In this document: positions 36,358 through 45,865 of the stretch, in pieces | Layout of the letters: each line of letters begins with the position of its first letter | How positions within the stretch are numbered: the stretch's first letter is position 1 | Origin: an uncultured Clostridia bacterium | GTDB lineage: Bacteria; Bacillota; Clostridia; Christensenellales; CAG-138 | NCBI GenBank assembly: GCA_946411635.1 | Contig: CAMKES010000010.1 | Span: 6,446 to 70,445 of the forward strand | Reading direction: 5' to 3' | Length of the DNA: 64,000 bases | Translations under genes and position numbers: made by a program | Notes under the pieces: model-generated | What the model saw: only the letters and a program-made list of their open reading frames with translations | Databases searched by the model: none | Told to the model about the DNA's origin: nothing

Positions 36358-37808
36358 CTATGAAAGAACAATCCTCGCGTATTCCGCAAAAGCTGCAGCG
36401 CGTGCTGCATGGGATCGCATCGGTCGTGCTGAACCTTGCGATCGTTTTATCGGCAGTCTATATTCTGTATCACATACTGGATCATTTCAATCCGATGCTT
36501 TCCTTTATCGAAGGCACGGATCTGCCGATCATACCCGCCCTGTCCACGCTGATCCCGGTGCTGTTCGTGATCGCAGTGCTTCTGTACGACCTGCTGTTCC
36601 TGGACGGCGCGTTCCAAAAACGGCGCTTTTCCGCCGGACGGCTGTGGCTGACCATTCTCATCGATTTTATCCTGTTTGCCGCGATTTCGGTGATCATCGT
36701 CGTGCACAGCTGCAACATTCTCGTTCGCTGCGGTCTTGCCGAAAGCGATTGGATCGAGGAATCCCTTGCGCCCGTGCCGACCGCCGTGGAAACGGTCGTT
36801 CCCGCAAGCGAAGATCCCGTCGTCGTTGTTCCTACGGAAAACCCTTCCGCCCTGCCTGACGCGACGCCCGCCGCCGGCTCGAGCGAAACGCCGCAGGCCG
36901 CGACGACCGCGCCGGCAGATACGCCGACGCCGACGCCGTGGACCGGACTTGTCAGCGAAGCGTACGCATACAAGTTTTCGGACGAGCCCGAGGTGCAGGT
37001 GTTCGATCGCTCGAACGTTGTGGAAACGCTTCCCGACGGTACGGTCAAATCGCTGATCTATCGCTATTCCGGAAAGATGACGGCGATCGACATTTACCAC
37101 TTCAGCAAAGGCAAAGAGGAGTATCAGGTTGCCGATATCTACGTCCGCGATATCCGCTGCTTCGTTACCGCGTATGAAGCGGACTCCGGCAAGCAGACAA
37201 ACACGCCCGGATACTATGATTCGATCCACGCGCTCGTTGCCATAAACGGAGACAACTTCGCCGCCGGGAAACTGAAAGACGGTCTGATCGTTCGTAACGG
37301 GCAGAAAATGACCCGCAAGAGTCAGAACTACCATGTGTTCACCGCCGATCCCTGCTTCCTGTTCACGGACGGTACGATGAAGACCTTCGACTATAAGAAG
37401 GACAAGATCGACTCCGACGCGCTGTTAAGCGGATCCCCCGCCGTCTATCAGGCGTTCTATTTCGGACCGAGTCTGCTGAATGCGAACGGTACGAAAAAGG
37501 ATTCGTTTAATTCCACGCTCCGCTCCGCGAATCCGCGTACGGTCCTCGGCTACTATGAACCCGGGCACTATGCGTTTGTCGTCGTGCTCGGCGACCGGCA
37601 CACGTACGATTACAACGGCAAAGACTGCGGCAAACAGAGCGCCGCAGGCATGTCGCTGCCGGAGCTTTCCGCACTTTGCGAGAGTCTCGGTATGAAAGCG
37701 GCTTATAACCTGGACGGCGGCGGATCCTCGAGCATGTGCTGGAACAAGACCGTCTTCGGTCACAACGACCGTCATCACAGCGATATCCTCGCGATCATCG
37801 AACCGTAA
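36354..37808 (+). CDS. Membrane-anchored phosphodiester glycosidase family protein (DUF2233/NAGPA-like)
   Basis: 484 aa with N-terminal TM helices and a Pro/Thr/Ala linker. The C-terminal domain ends with the family-typical NLDGGGSS motif. The start overlaps the stop of the GT2 gene. Confidence 0.75.
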   Translation: MTMKEQSSRIPQKLQRVLHGIASVVLNLAIVLSAVYILYHILDHFNPMLSFIEGTDLPIIPALSTLIPVLFVIAVLLYDLLFLDGAFQKRRFSAGRLWLTILIDFILFAAISVIIVVHSCNILVRCGLAESDWIEESLAPVPTAVETVVPASEDPVVVVPTENPSALPDATPAAGSSETPQAATTAPADTPTPTPWTGLVSEAYAYKFSDEPEVQVFDRSNVVETLPDGTVKSLIYRYSGKMTAIDIYHFSKGKEEYQVADIYVRDIRCFVTAYEADSGKQTNTPGYYDSIHALVAINGDNFAAGKLKDGLIVRNGQKMTRKSQNYHVFTADPCFLFTDGTMKTFDYKKDKIDSDALLSGSPAVYQAFYFGPSLLNANGTKKDSFNSTLRSANPRTVLGYYEPGHYAFVVVLGDRHTYDYNGKDCGKQSAAGMSLPELSALCESLGMKAAYNLDGGGSSSMCWNKTVFGHNDRHHSDILAIIEP

Positions 37809-37818
37809 GGAGGCAACC

Positions 37819-38064
37819 ATGAGAAAATCCACCCGCGTTATTACCCTGATCCTCGCGCATGCCGGACTTCTTGCGGCGCTCGCGTATCTCGTCCTGCTCG
37901 TGATCTCACAGTTTCTGCCTTCCGTCGGCGAATTCGCAAGAAGCAACTTCTTCCTGTTTGACTACGGCTACCTGATCATTCCGATCCTGTGCCTGCTTTC
38001 CGGCATCTTTCTGCAGATCTCCGCATCGCAGCCGGGAAAACAGCGCTCTCATAAGCAATCATAA
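37819..38064 (+). CDS. Small hypothetical membrane protein
   Basis: 81 aa with two hydrophobic helices. GGAGG SD lies 6 nt upstream. Confidence 0.55.
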   Translation: MRKSTRVITLILAHAGLLAALAYLVLLVISQFLPSVGEFARSNFFLFDYGYLIIPILCLLSGIFLQISASQPGKQRSHKQS

Positions 38065-38078
38065 TGGAGGGTAATGAA

Positions 38079-39389
38079 ATGAATCGATCCGACCTCGATC
38101 GCACCAACGCGCTGCTTGATTTCATCGAGCGTTCCCCTGTCAGCTTCGCCGCGGTCCGCGAAGCGGAATCCATGCTGGAGCAGAACGGTTTCCGGCGTCT
38201 TTCGTTCACGGATCCGTGGACGCTTCTGCCGAACGGGAAATACTACGTCACGCGGAACGGTTCCTCGCTGATCGCGTTCACGGTGCCTGCAGACGCGCAT
38301 CCCGGATTCATGATCGCCGCGAGCCACAGCGACTCCCCCGCCTTCAAGCTCAAGACGGACTGTGAAGTCGTTGCGGTCGATCGGTACCTGAAGCTGAACA
38401 CCGAGGGCTACGGCGGAATGATCGTTTCCAGCTGGTTCGACCGTCCGCTTTCGCTGGCAGGACGCGCGATCGTGAAGAACGGCTCTGCGTTTGAAACGCG
38501 CGTCGTCACGTTTGACCGCGATCTTTGCATCATTCCGAACGTCTGCATTCACTTCAACCGGGAGATCAACAACGGATACAAATACAACAAAGCGGTCGAC
38601 ACCCTGCCGCTTCTCTGCAATTCCACCGAGAAGGGCGTTGTGAAAACGCTGGTCGCGGAAGCGCTCGGCGTGGATGCGGACGCGATCGTTTCGATGGATC
38701 TGTTCGTGATCAACCGCACGCGCGGTTCCGTGTTCGGCGCAGACGACGCGTTCTTCTGTGCGCCGCGCATCGACGATCTGCAGTGCGCGTATACGACGCT
38801 TGCCGCGCTTCTGGAATCGGAAGCGCCGAAGGCGATCCCGGTCTACGCGTTGTTCGACAACGAAGAGGTCGGAAGCGAAACGAAGCAGGGCGCCGCAAGC
38901 ACGCTGCTGTTCGACACGCTGACGCGGATCGCGGCGCATTACGGAAAGACGCTTTCCGAAATGCTTCCCGCCTCGCTGATGCTTTCCTGCGACAACGGGC
39001 ATGCGCTGCACCCGAACCATCCGGAGCTTTCCGATGCGAAGAATGCGCCGCATCTGAACGGCGGCGTCGTGATCAAGCATAACGCCAATCAGCGCTATGC
39101 GACCGACGCGCTTTCCGAAGCGCTGTTCGCGGAGATCTGCCTGCGCGCGGACGTTCCGGTCCAGCATTTTGCAAACCGCAGCGACATTGCGGGCGGCGGC
39201 ACGCTCGGCAGCATCAGCAATACGCGCGTTTCCCTGAAGACCGTCGATATCGGACTTGCGCAATTTGCGATGCACTCCGCGGTCGAGACCGGCGGCGTCA
39301 AGGATACGGACTATATGGTCCGCGCGGTCAAGGCGTTTTACGAGAGCGCGCTTGCCATCCATGAAACCGGCGCTCTTGAATTGAACTGA
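38079..39389 (+). CDS. M18-family aminopeptidase
   Basis: The start is at MNRSDL (GGAGGG upstream). SHSDSPAFKLK, DNEEVGS and the C-terminal MHS..E motifs are typical of M18/aspartyl aminopeptidases. Confidence 0.85.
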   Translation: MNRSDLDRTNALLDFIERSPVSFAAVREAESMLEQNGFRRLSFTDPWTLLPNGKYYVTRNGSSLIAFTVPADAHPGFMIAASHSDSPAFKLKTDCEVVAVDRYLKLNTEGYGGMIVSSWFDRPLSLAGRAIVKNGSAFETRVVTFDRDLCIIPNVCIHFNREINNGYKYNKAVDTLPLLCNSTEKGVVKTLVAEALGVDADAIVSMDLFVINRTRGSVFGADDAFFCAPRIDDLQCAYTTLAALLESEAPKAIPVYALFDNEEVGSETKQGAASTLLFDTLTRIAAHYGKTLSEMLPASLMLSCDNGHALHPNHPELSDAKNAPHLNGGVVIKHNANQRYATDALSEALFAEICLRADVPVQHFANRSDIAGGGTLGSISNTRVSLKTVDIGLAQFAMHSAVETGGVKDTDYMVRAVKAFYESALAIHETGALELN

Positions 39390-39400
39390 TTGAAATACCG

Positions 39401-39430
39401 AAAAAGGACTGTCGAGCGACAGTCCTTTTT
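39401..39430. terminator. Bidirectional terminator between the M18 peptidase and SDR genes
   Basis: A 9-bp stem GGACTGTCG/CGACAGTCC, flanked by A5 and T5. Confidence 0.75.
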
Positions 39431-39431
39431 A

Positions 39432-40229
39432 TTATTTTGCTTTCAGGTACGTGCGGATCGCAAACAGCTTCAGCCGCTTCGGAAGCACGCCGTACAGCCG
39501 CAGCAGCGGATTCCGGTTCAGCGAATACGAAAAGCGCGGGCGTTTATTTGCGAGGATCGCCTGGATCTTACGCGCAACGCGCTCCGGAGAGACGGCCTTT
39601 GCCTCGACGCGCTGCGTAACGCGCAGGAACTTCGCCGCGACGCCGGGATAGAGCTTCGTGCGTTCCGTAAACGACTTGATCCGGCTGACTGAATTGTCAA
39701 GCAGGCCGGTCTCTACGGCGCCCGGACGGAGCGTCGAAACGCGCATGCCGAGCATCTGCAGTTCCATGGCAAGCGAGAACGCATACCGGTCGAGCGTCGA
39801 TTTCGTGATCCCGTACAGACCCGTAAACGGCAGCGGATCGAGATCCGCCAGTTCGCTCGTGACGAGCACGACGCGCGCGTTGCGCTTCAGAAGCGGAAGA
39901 AACGCTCGGATCGTACGATATGCGCCGAAAACGTTAACGTCAAAGATCCGCTGCATACGCGCATCGTCGATCTCAACCAGCGAATCCGCATCGTAGATCC
40001 CCGCCGCGTAGACGACGGCGTCGATCGCATCGACCGAGCCTTTCGCTGCGGCAAACGCCGATTCGATCTGCTCCGGCTGCGTGAGATCGGCAAAAAGCGG
40101 CGTCACGCCTTCCGGCATTGCCGCGCCGGGGCGATCGAGCCCGAGGACGCGGTCGCCGTTGTTCAGAAACGTACGGGCGCAGGCAGAGCCCATTCCCCCG
40201 CCTGCGCCGATCAGCAATATCGTTTTCAT
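39432..40229 (-). CDS. Short-chain dehydrogenase/reductase (SDR) family oxidoreductase
   Basis: The start is at MKTILLIGAGGGMGSA (Rossmann TGxxxGxG-type). A YGITK catalytic Tyr-Lys motif is present. The start overlaps the trpS stop by 1 nt (TAATG). Confidence 0.85.
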   Translation of the reverse strand: MKTILLIGAGGGMGSACARTFLNNGDRVLGLDRPGAAMPEGVTPLFADLTQPEQIESAFAAAKGSVDAIDAVVYAAGIYDADSLVEIDDARMQRIFDVNVFGAYRTIRAFLPLLKRNARVVLVTSELADLDPLPFTGLYGITKSTLDRYAFSLAMELQMLGMRVSTLRPGAVETGLLDNSVSRIKSFTERTKLYPGVAAKFLRVTQRVEAKAVSPERVARKIQAILANKRPRFSYSLNRNPLLRLYGVLPKRLKLFAIRTYLKAK

Positions 40230-41338
40230 TACTGCTTTGCCGCTTTCAGAAGCGCTTCCCATTCTTTGACGATCGATCGATCGTCGAAGTAGTTGATCCG
40301 CATCGCGGCGCGGACGCGCGCGAGCGTTTCGTTCGTGATCTCGACCGCTTTCTTTGTGCCCGCAACGAGAATGTCGTATACGGAATCGATGTCCGCTTCC
40401 CACTTTGCGCGCGCTGCGCGGATCGGAGTGAGCTCCTCTTCAAGGACGTTGATCAGGAACTTTTTGCACGTGCCGTCGCCTAAGCCGCCGCGCATATAGT
40501 GCGCCTTCATTTCGTCGAGATTCGCGTACTCCGGCAGAAACTCCGCAAAGTGCGCGTCGGTCGAAAACGCATCGAGATACGTGAACACGACGTTGCCTTC
40601 GATGTGACCGGGATCCTCGATGCGAAGATGCTGCGGATCGGTAAACATCTTGCCGTTGACCTGCTTTTTGACGGTCTTCGAATCGTCGGACAGGTAGATG
40701 CAGTTGCCGAGCGACTTCGACATCTTGGCCTTGCCGTCGATGCCGGGAAGTCTGCGCTGCGTCTTATTCTCGGGGATCATCGCCTTCGGCAGCACGAGCG
40801 TATCGCCGTAAATCTTGTTGAACTTCTCGACGATCTCACGCGTCTGCTCGATCATCGGCAGCTGATCCTCGCCGACCGGAACGACGTTCGCGTTGAACGC
40901 GGTGATGTCCGCCGCCTGCGAAACGGGATAGCTGAAAAAGCCCGCGGGCAGGCCCTCGTCCGCAAAGCCGCGCATCTGGATCTCCGCCTTGACGGTGGGA
41001 TTCCGCGAAAGGCGCGCGGTGGTGACGAGATTCATGTAATAGAACGTCAGCGCATGCAGCGCGGGAAGCGCGGACTGCACGCAGATCGTGGACTTGTCGG
41101 GATCGATGCCGACGGAAAGATAGTCCAGCGCGACCTGGATCATATTGTCGCGGATCTTGCCCGGGTTGTCGGCGTTGTCGGTCAGCGCCTGATCGTCCGC
41201 GATCAGGATGTTGATCTGATCGAACCTGCCGGAATTCTGCAGCTCGACGCGGCGCTTCAGCGAACCGACGTAGTGTCCGAGATGCAGCCGTCCCGTGGGA
41301 CGGTCGCCGGTGAGGATGATGTTTTTTTCGTTTTCCAT
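40229..41338 (-). CDS. trpS: Tryptophan--tRNA ligase
   Basis: 369 aa. It has a class I HIGH-type motif (GRLHLGHYVG) and KMSKS. Length and sequence fit TrpRS. Confidence 0.9.
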   Translation of the reverse strand: MENEKNIILTGDRPTGRLHLGHYVGSLKRRVELQNSGRFDQINILIADDQALTDNADNPGKIRDNMIQVALDYLSVGIDPDKSTICVQSALPALHALTFYYMNLVTTARLSRNPTVKAEIQMRGFADEGLPAGFFSYPVSQAADITAFNANVVPVGEDQLPMIEQTREIVEKFNKIYGDTLVLPKAMIPENKTQRRLPGIDGKAKMSKSLGNCIYLSDDSKTVKKQVNGKMFTDPQHLRIEDPGHIEGNVVFTYLDAFSTDAHFAEFLPEYANLDEMKAHYMRGGLGDGTCKKFLINVLEEELTPIRAARAKWEADIDSVYDILVAGTKKAVEITNETLARVRAAMRINYFDDRSIVKEWEALLKAAKQ

Positions 41339-41356
41339 AAGCGTACTTGGTTTCTC

Positions 41357-42895
41357 TTATTCCAGGAAGTCCTTGAGTTTCTTGCTTCTCGAGGGATGAC
41401 GGAGTTTGCGAAGCGCCTTTGCCTCGATCTGGCGGATACGCTCACGCGTGACGTTGAACTCCTTGCCGACCTCTTCGAGCGTCCTCGCTTTGCCGTCGTC
41501 AAGACCGTAGCGGAGGCGCAGGACCTTGGCTTCACGCGGAGTCAGGGTGTTCAGCACTTCGACGAGCTGTTCCTTGAGCAGCGCGACCGCAACTGCGTCC
41601 GCGGGCGCGGGCGCATCGTCGTCGGGAATGAAGTCGCCCAGGTGCGAATCGTCCTCTTCGCCGATCGGCGTTTCGAGCGAGACCGGCTCCTGCGCGATCT
41701 TCAGGATCTCGCGGACCTTGTCCTCGGAAATGCCCATTTCCTTTGCGATCTCATCGGGACGCGGATCGCGGCCGAGCTCCTGAACGAGCTGACGGTTGAC
41801 GCGGATCAGCTTATTGATCGTTTCCACCATATGCACGGGAATGCGGATCGTGCGCGCCTGGTCCGCGATCGCGCGGGTGATGGCCTGACGGATCCACCAC
41901 GTCGCGTAGGTCGAGAACTTGTAGCCCTTGCGGTAATCGAACTTTTCGACCGCCTTGATAAGGCCGAGATTGCCCTCCTGAATGAGGTCGAGGAACAGCA
42001 TGCCGCGGCCGACGTAGCGTTTCGCAATGGATACGACGAGACGAAGGTTCGCTTCCGCAAGCTGATGCTTGGCGTCCAGATCGCCTTCCGCCATGCGCTG
42101 TGCGATCTCGATCTCCTCATTTGCGTTCAACAGCGGAACTTTGCCGATCTCCTTGAGGTACATGCGGACAGGGTCGTCGATGTTGATGCCCTCGGTCGGC
42201 GCAAGCATCGTTTCGATCTCGGCGATCTCCTCATTGATGTCTTCGGGAACCTCGACTTCCTCGACGATGTCGATGTTCAGGTCCTGAAGTTCCATGTAGA
42301 TCTTGTCCATCTGGTCCGCGTCCACACCGATCTCGTTCAGCGTGTCCATGACCTCGTTGACGGTCAGAATCCCCTTCTGCTTGCCCGCCTCCAGGAGCTC
42401 GCGGATACGCTGCTCCGCGTTCACGGGTTTCCCGACGAGATCGGGGTCCTCATCGGACGCGTCCGTGTCTTCGTCGGTCGCGGGCTGCGCATCTTCCCGC
42501 TCGTCGGCCTCGACGGGTTCCGCTTTTTTGGCTTTGCTGCGCGACGCCTTTTTCGGCTTTTCGGGTTCCGGCAGAACAGGCTCCGCCGCGATCGGTTCCT
42601 CGATCCCGGCCGTCGGTTCGGCTGCTTCTTCCGCTTCCGCCGGCTTCTGCGCGTTCTCCGTTACCGGCGCTTTTTTGCTGCGCGACGCCTTTTTCGGCTT
42701 CTCGGGCGCAGGCTCGCTCATTTCGACCGCGGGCGACGCCGGTTCTTCCGGTTTCGGTTCTTCCGGCTTAGCTTTCGGCTTCGGTGCGCGCTTGGTCTTT
42801 GCAGGCTTGTCCGCCGCTTCCGCCGTCGTTTCGATCGTTTCGACGGCTTCTTCCGTCTTGGTCTTTTTTGCCTTCTTGATCTTGGTTTCTTCCAT
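41357..42895 (-). CDS. rpoD: Primary RNA polymerase sigma factor (RpoD/SigA) with a long Lys/Glu/Pro/Ala-rich N-terminal extension
   Basis: 512 aa. The C-terminal ~330 aa are canonical region 1.2-4.2 ([54 protein letters not shown]). About 150 aa of low-complexity sequence precedes this. Confidence 0.93.
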   Translation of the reverse strand: MEETKIKKAKKTKTEEAVETIETTAEAADKPAKTKRAPKPKAKPEEPKPEEPASPAVEMSEPAPEKPKKASRSKKAPVTENAQKPAEAEEAAEPTAGIEEPIAAEPVLPEPEKPKKASRSKAKKAEPVEADEREDAQPATDEDTDASDEDPDLVGKPVNAEQRIRELLEAGKQKGILTVNEVMDTLNEIGVDADQMDKIYMELQDLNIDIVEEVEVPEDINEEIAEIETMLAPTEGINIDDPVRMYLKEIGKVPLLNANEEIEIAQRMAEGDLDAKHQLAEANLRLVVSIAKRYVGRGMLFLDLIQEGNLGLIKAVEKFDYRKGYKFSTYATWWIRQAITRAIADQARTIRIPVHMVETINKLIRVNRQLVQELGRDPRPDEIAKEMGISEDKVREILKIAQEPVSLETPIGEEDDSHLGDFIPDDDAPAPADAVAVALLKEQLVEVLNTLTPREAKVLRLRYGLDDGKARTLEEVGKEFNVTRERIRQIEAKALRKLRHPSRSKKLKDFLE

Positions 42896-42906
42896 GTCCC
42901 GTCTCC

Positions 42907-44664
42907 TTATTTATTTGCCCGTATGCGTGATGTGATCTCTTTCAAAACGGCGTTTCGTTCCTCCGCCGTCAAATCCGGTCGTTTCAGTTCGGCCTGCAGC
43001 CGAAGGATCTCTTCCGCGTCGTTCTCCTGCTCAAGGCGTTTGATGCAGTCCTCCGCCGCGCGGTCGGCGTTCTCAAGCGCGTCCTCCTCGTGAAGGATCG
43101 CAGACGCGGTCTCGGCTTCATTCTCGGGAAGCTCGCCGATATACTTGGAGACCGAAAACGCCGCGCCCTGTTCCCGCATCGCGCGGAACATCTCCCGATA
43201 CGTCGCGTTGCGGAACAGTTTTTCCGCCGCGTCGCCGTCGATCCTGCGGATCACAGCGCCGTCGTGCAGACAGGCCAACAGCAGCGTGCGTTCGATGATC
43301 TCTCTGGGGTCCTCGGTTTCATCGATGCGTTTGCGGAAACCGCCGCGGATCGTCGTACCCGGATCCGTCGGCATGAGCCCGCCGCTGCGCATACCCTGCG
43401 CCTGCAGCGCTTCGAGCGCATAGCCCGTCTTTTTGCCGATCAGACGATAATACCGCTCCTGTTCGATTGGCTGCAGTCCGGCGACGAACGCGCATGCGGC
43501 CTTCGCGTACTGCTCCCTTCCGTTTTCATCGGTAAGATCGTATTTCTTCGCCATCGTCTCAAGCTTGAACGCATTCAGCGAAAGCGCGTTTTCCTTGAGC
43601 CGGTCGAAGCCTTCTTTTCCGTAGATCTGGACGTATTCGTCCGGATCGAGGTCGTCCGGGAACGTGATGACGCGGACTTCCAGGCCTTCGGCTCTCAGAA
43701 TGTCGAGCCCGCGCACCATGGCGTTCTGCCCGGCTGCATCGCCGTCGTAAGCGATGTAGACCTTCTCGACGAAGCGTTTCAGAAGCCTTGCCTGCTGCTG
43801 CGTCAGAGCCGTTCCGAGACTGGCGACCGCGTTGGTCACGCCTGCCTTGTAAAGTCCGATCACGTCCATGTACCCTTCGACCATGATCAGATCGTTGAGT
43901 TTTTCATTGCGATGCAGATACAGACCGTACAGATTGTTGCGCTTGTTGTAGACCGGCGTATCGCCCGTGTTGATGTACTTCGGCTTTTCATCGCCCATCA
44001 CGCGCGCACCGAAGCCTAAAACCTGCCCGTTCACGCCGAGGATCGGGAAGATCAGCCGACCGCGGAACGCATCGTATACGGTCCCGCGTTCGCTGTTGTG
44101 CACGAGCAGTCCCGCGTCCACCAGTTCCTTTTCGGCGTATCCCTTTTCTTTGAGATGCCTGAAAAGCGAATCCCAGGTGTCCGGCGCGAAGCCGATGCCG
44201 AATCGCTTGACGATCTCGGCGTTCAGCCCGCGTTTCGCGGCGTAAAGCTGCGCGTCTTTGCCTGTTTTCGGATCCAGAAAGACGCCGCAATAGTAACGCG
44301 CCGCTTCGGTATTTGCTTCGATCAGGCGTTTCTTGTACGCGCGCTGACGCTGCAGTTCCCGATCGTTGATCTCGTTCGGAAGCTCCATGCCGACGCGGTT
44401 TGCCAGCTGCTGGACCGCTTCATAGAACGAAAGCCGTTCCACGTCCATGACAAACTGGATCACCGTGCCGCCCGCGTGACAGCCGAAGCAGTAAAACAGC
44501 TGCTTGTCCGGAGAAACGGAAAACGACGGCGTCTTTTCGCCGTGCAGCGGACAGCACGCCCAAAGCTTGCGTCCCTTCGGCTTCAGTTCCACGTATTCCG
44601 AAACGACGGAAACGATATCGTTTTTGTGCATCAGCTCGTCGAGCCATGCGCTCGGGAATGCCAT
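42907..44664 (-). CDS. dnaG: DNA primase
   Basis: 585 aa. It has a Zn-ribbon ([24 protein letters not shown]). A TOPRIM domain is present (EGYMDV, DGDAAG). Confidence 0.93.
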   Translation of the reverse strand: MAFPSAWLDELMHKNDIVSVVSEYVELKPKGRKLWACCPLHGEKTPSFSVSPDKQLFYCFGCHAGGTVIQFVMDVERLSFYEAVQQLANRVGMELPNEINDRELQRQRAYKKRLIEANTEAARYYCGVFLDPKTGKDAQLYAAKRGLNAEIVKRFGIGFAPDTWDSLFRHLKEKGYAEKELVDAGLLVHNSERGTVYDAFRGRLIFPILGVNGQVLGFGARVMGDEKPKYINTGDTPVYNKRNNLYGLYLHRNEKLNDLIMVEGYMDVIGLYKAGVTNAVASLGTALTQQQARLLKRFVEKVYIAYDGDAAGQNAMVRGLDILRAEGLEVRVITFPDDLDPDEYVQIYGKEGFDRLKENALSLNAFKLETMAKKYDLTDENGREQYAKAACAFVAGLQPIEQERYYRLIGKKTGYALEALQAQGMRSGGLMPTDPGTTIRGGFRKRIDETEDPREIIERTLLLACLHDGAVIRRIDGDAAEKLFRNATYREMFRAMREQGAAFSVSKYIGELPENEAETASAILHEEDALENADRAAEDCIKRLEQENDAEEILRLQAELKRPDLTAEERNAVLKEITSRIRANK

Positions 44665-44697
44665 CGCGTTCCTCCTTTCCCCGTATTTGACAAAACG

Positions 44698-45705
44698 TTA
44701 ACTCCAGCTTTTCGGCACGAACAGATGCTCGTAGGTGCCGATCGCGTAGATGTCGCTCATACCGGCGATGAAGTCCGCTACCGCGCGTTCTTTGCCTTCC
44801 TGCTCGAGCGTGCTGCGATATTCATCGTCCAGAAGCTCCGGATGATCGAAATAGTACTGATACAGCGCGCGGACAACACCCTTCGCCTTTCCTTCTTCGC
44901 TTTTGGCGATCGGATTCAGGTAGACGCGATCGAACATGAACTTGCGCAGGACCTTGAACTCCTCCGCATAATCCGGGGAAAAACGGATCTCTGCACTGTT
45001 CTGACTGTTTTCGATCACGTTGATGATCAGGCTGTTGATCCGCTTTGAATGGGTCGGACCGAACAGATCGATGCAGGAGCGCGGAAGGTCCTCTTCGGTC
45101 AGAACGCCTGCGCGCATCGCGTCGTCGATGTCGTGATTGATGTACGCGATCCGGTCGGCAAGCGATACCACCTTGCCCTCGACGGTCGCGGGATGGCCGC
45201 TGCTCGTGTGATTCACGATCCCGTCGCGCACTTCCCACGTGAGGTTCAGGCCTTTGCCGTCGTATTCGAGTTTTTCCACGACGCGAAGGCTCTGCTCGTT
45301 ATGCTTGAATCCGCCGGGCAGAAGCTCGTTCAGAACCTCTTCCCCCGCGTGACCAAACGGCGTATGACCGAGGTCGTGACCCATTGCGATCGCTTCGGCA
45401 AGGTCCTCGTTCAGCCGCAGGGCGCGCGCGATCGTTCTTGCGATCTGCGTGACTTCCAGCGTATGCGTCAGACGCGTGCGGTAGTGATCGCCTTTCGGCG
45501 CCAGAAAGACCTGTGTTTTATGCTTCAGACGGCGAAAAGATTTGCTGTGCAGGATCCTGTCGCGATCGCGGACGAACTCGGTGCGGACCGGGCAAAGCGG
45601 CATCGGTTCCTCTCTCCCGCGCGTGTTGACGGAAAGCGTCGCGAACGGAGAAAGCATCTGTTTCTCCCATTCTTCCCGCATTTTCCGGACTGATCCCTCT
45701 TCCAT
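44698..45705 (-). CDS. dGTP triphosphohydrolase-like HD-domain protein
   Basis: 335 aa. RTRLTHTLEVTQIAR and GHDLGHTPFGH motifs are present. It lies upstream of dnaG. Confidence 0.88.
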   Translation of the reverse strand: MEEGSVRKMREEWEKQMLSPFATLSVNTRGREEPMPLCPVRTEFVRDRDRILHSKSFRRLKHKTQVFLAPKGDHYRTRLTHTLEVTQIARTIARALRLNEDLAEAIAMGHDLGHTPFGHAGEEVLNELLPGGFKHNEQSLRVVEKLEYDGKGLNLTWEVRDGIVNHTSSGHPATVEGKVVSLADRIAYINHDIDDAMRAGVLTEEDLPRSCIDLFGPTHSKRINSLIINVIENSQNSAEIRFSPDYAEEFKVLRKFMFDRVYLNPIAKSEEGKAKGVVRALYQYYFDHPELLDDEYRSTLEQEGKERAVADFIAGMSDIYAIGTYEHLFVPKSWS

Positions 45706-45822
45706 ATCGGCCTCCGCAAAAACATTCTATAAATATATACGACAAAACTCCAAAAAATCCTTTTTTCCTATGAAAAAAACATCCGTTCGTCCGAAACGGC
45801 TGCAAATCGTTGCAAAAGATGC

Positions 45823-45850
45823 AAAAAAGGCGGGAGATCGCTCTCCCGCC
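45823..45850 (-). terminator. Rho-independent terminator after hydA
   Basis: Minus strand reads GGCGGGAGA gcga TCTCCCGCC followed by U6. Confidence 0.75.
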
Positions 45851-45865
45851 TTTCGGATCGGTTGA

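Noticed and set aside
41339-41356. Expected T-box riboswitch upstream of trpS.
   Set aside because: The intergenic space is 18 nt, so no leader can fit.
40499-43093. 864-aa plus-strand ORF across trpS, rpoD and the dnaG 3' end.
   Set aside because: It is antisense to three canonical housekeeping genes. It is a compositional artefact.
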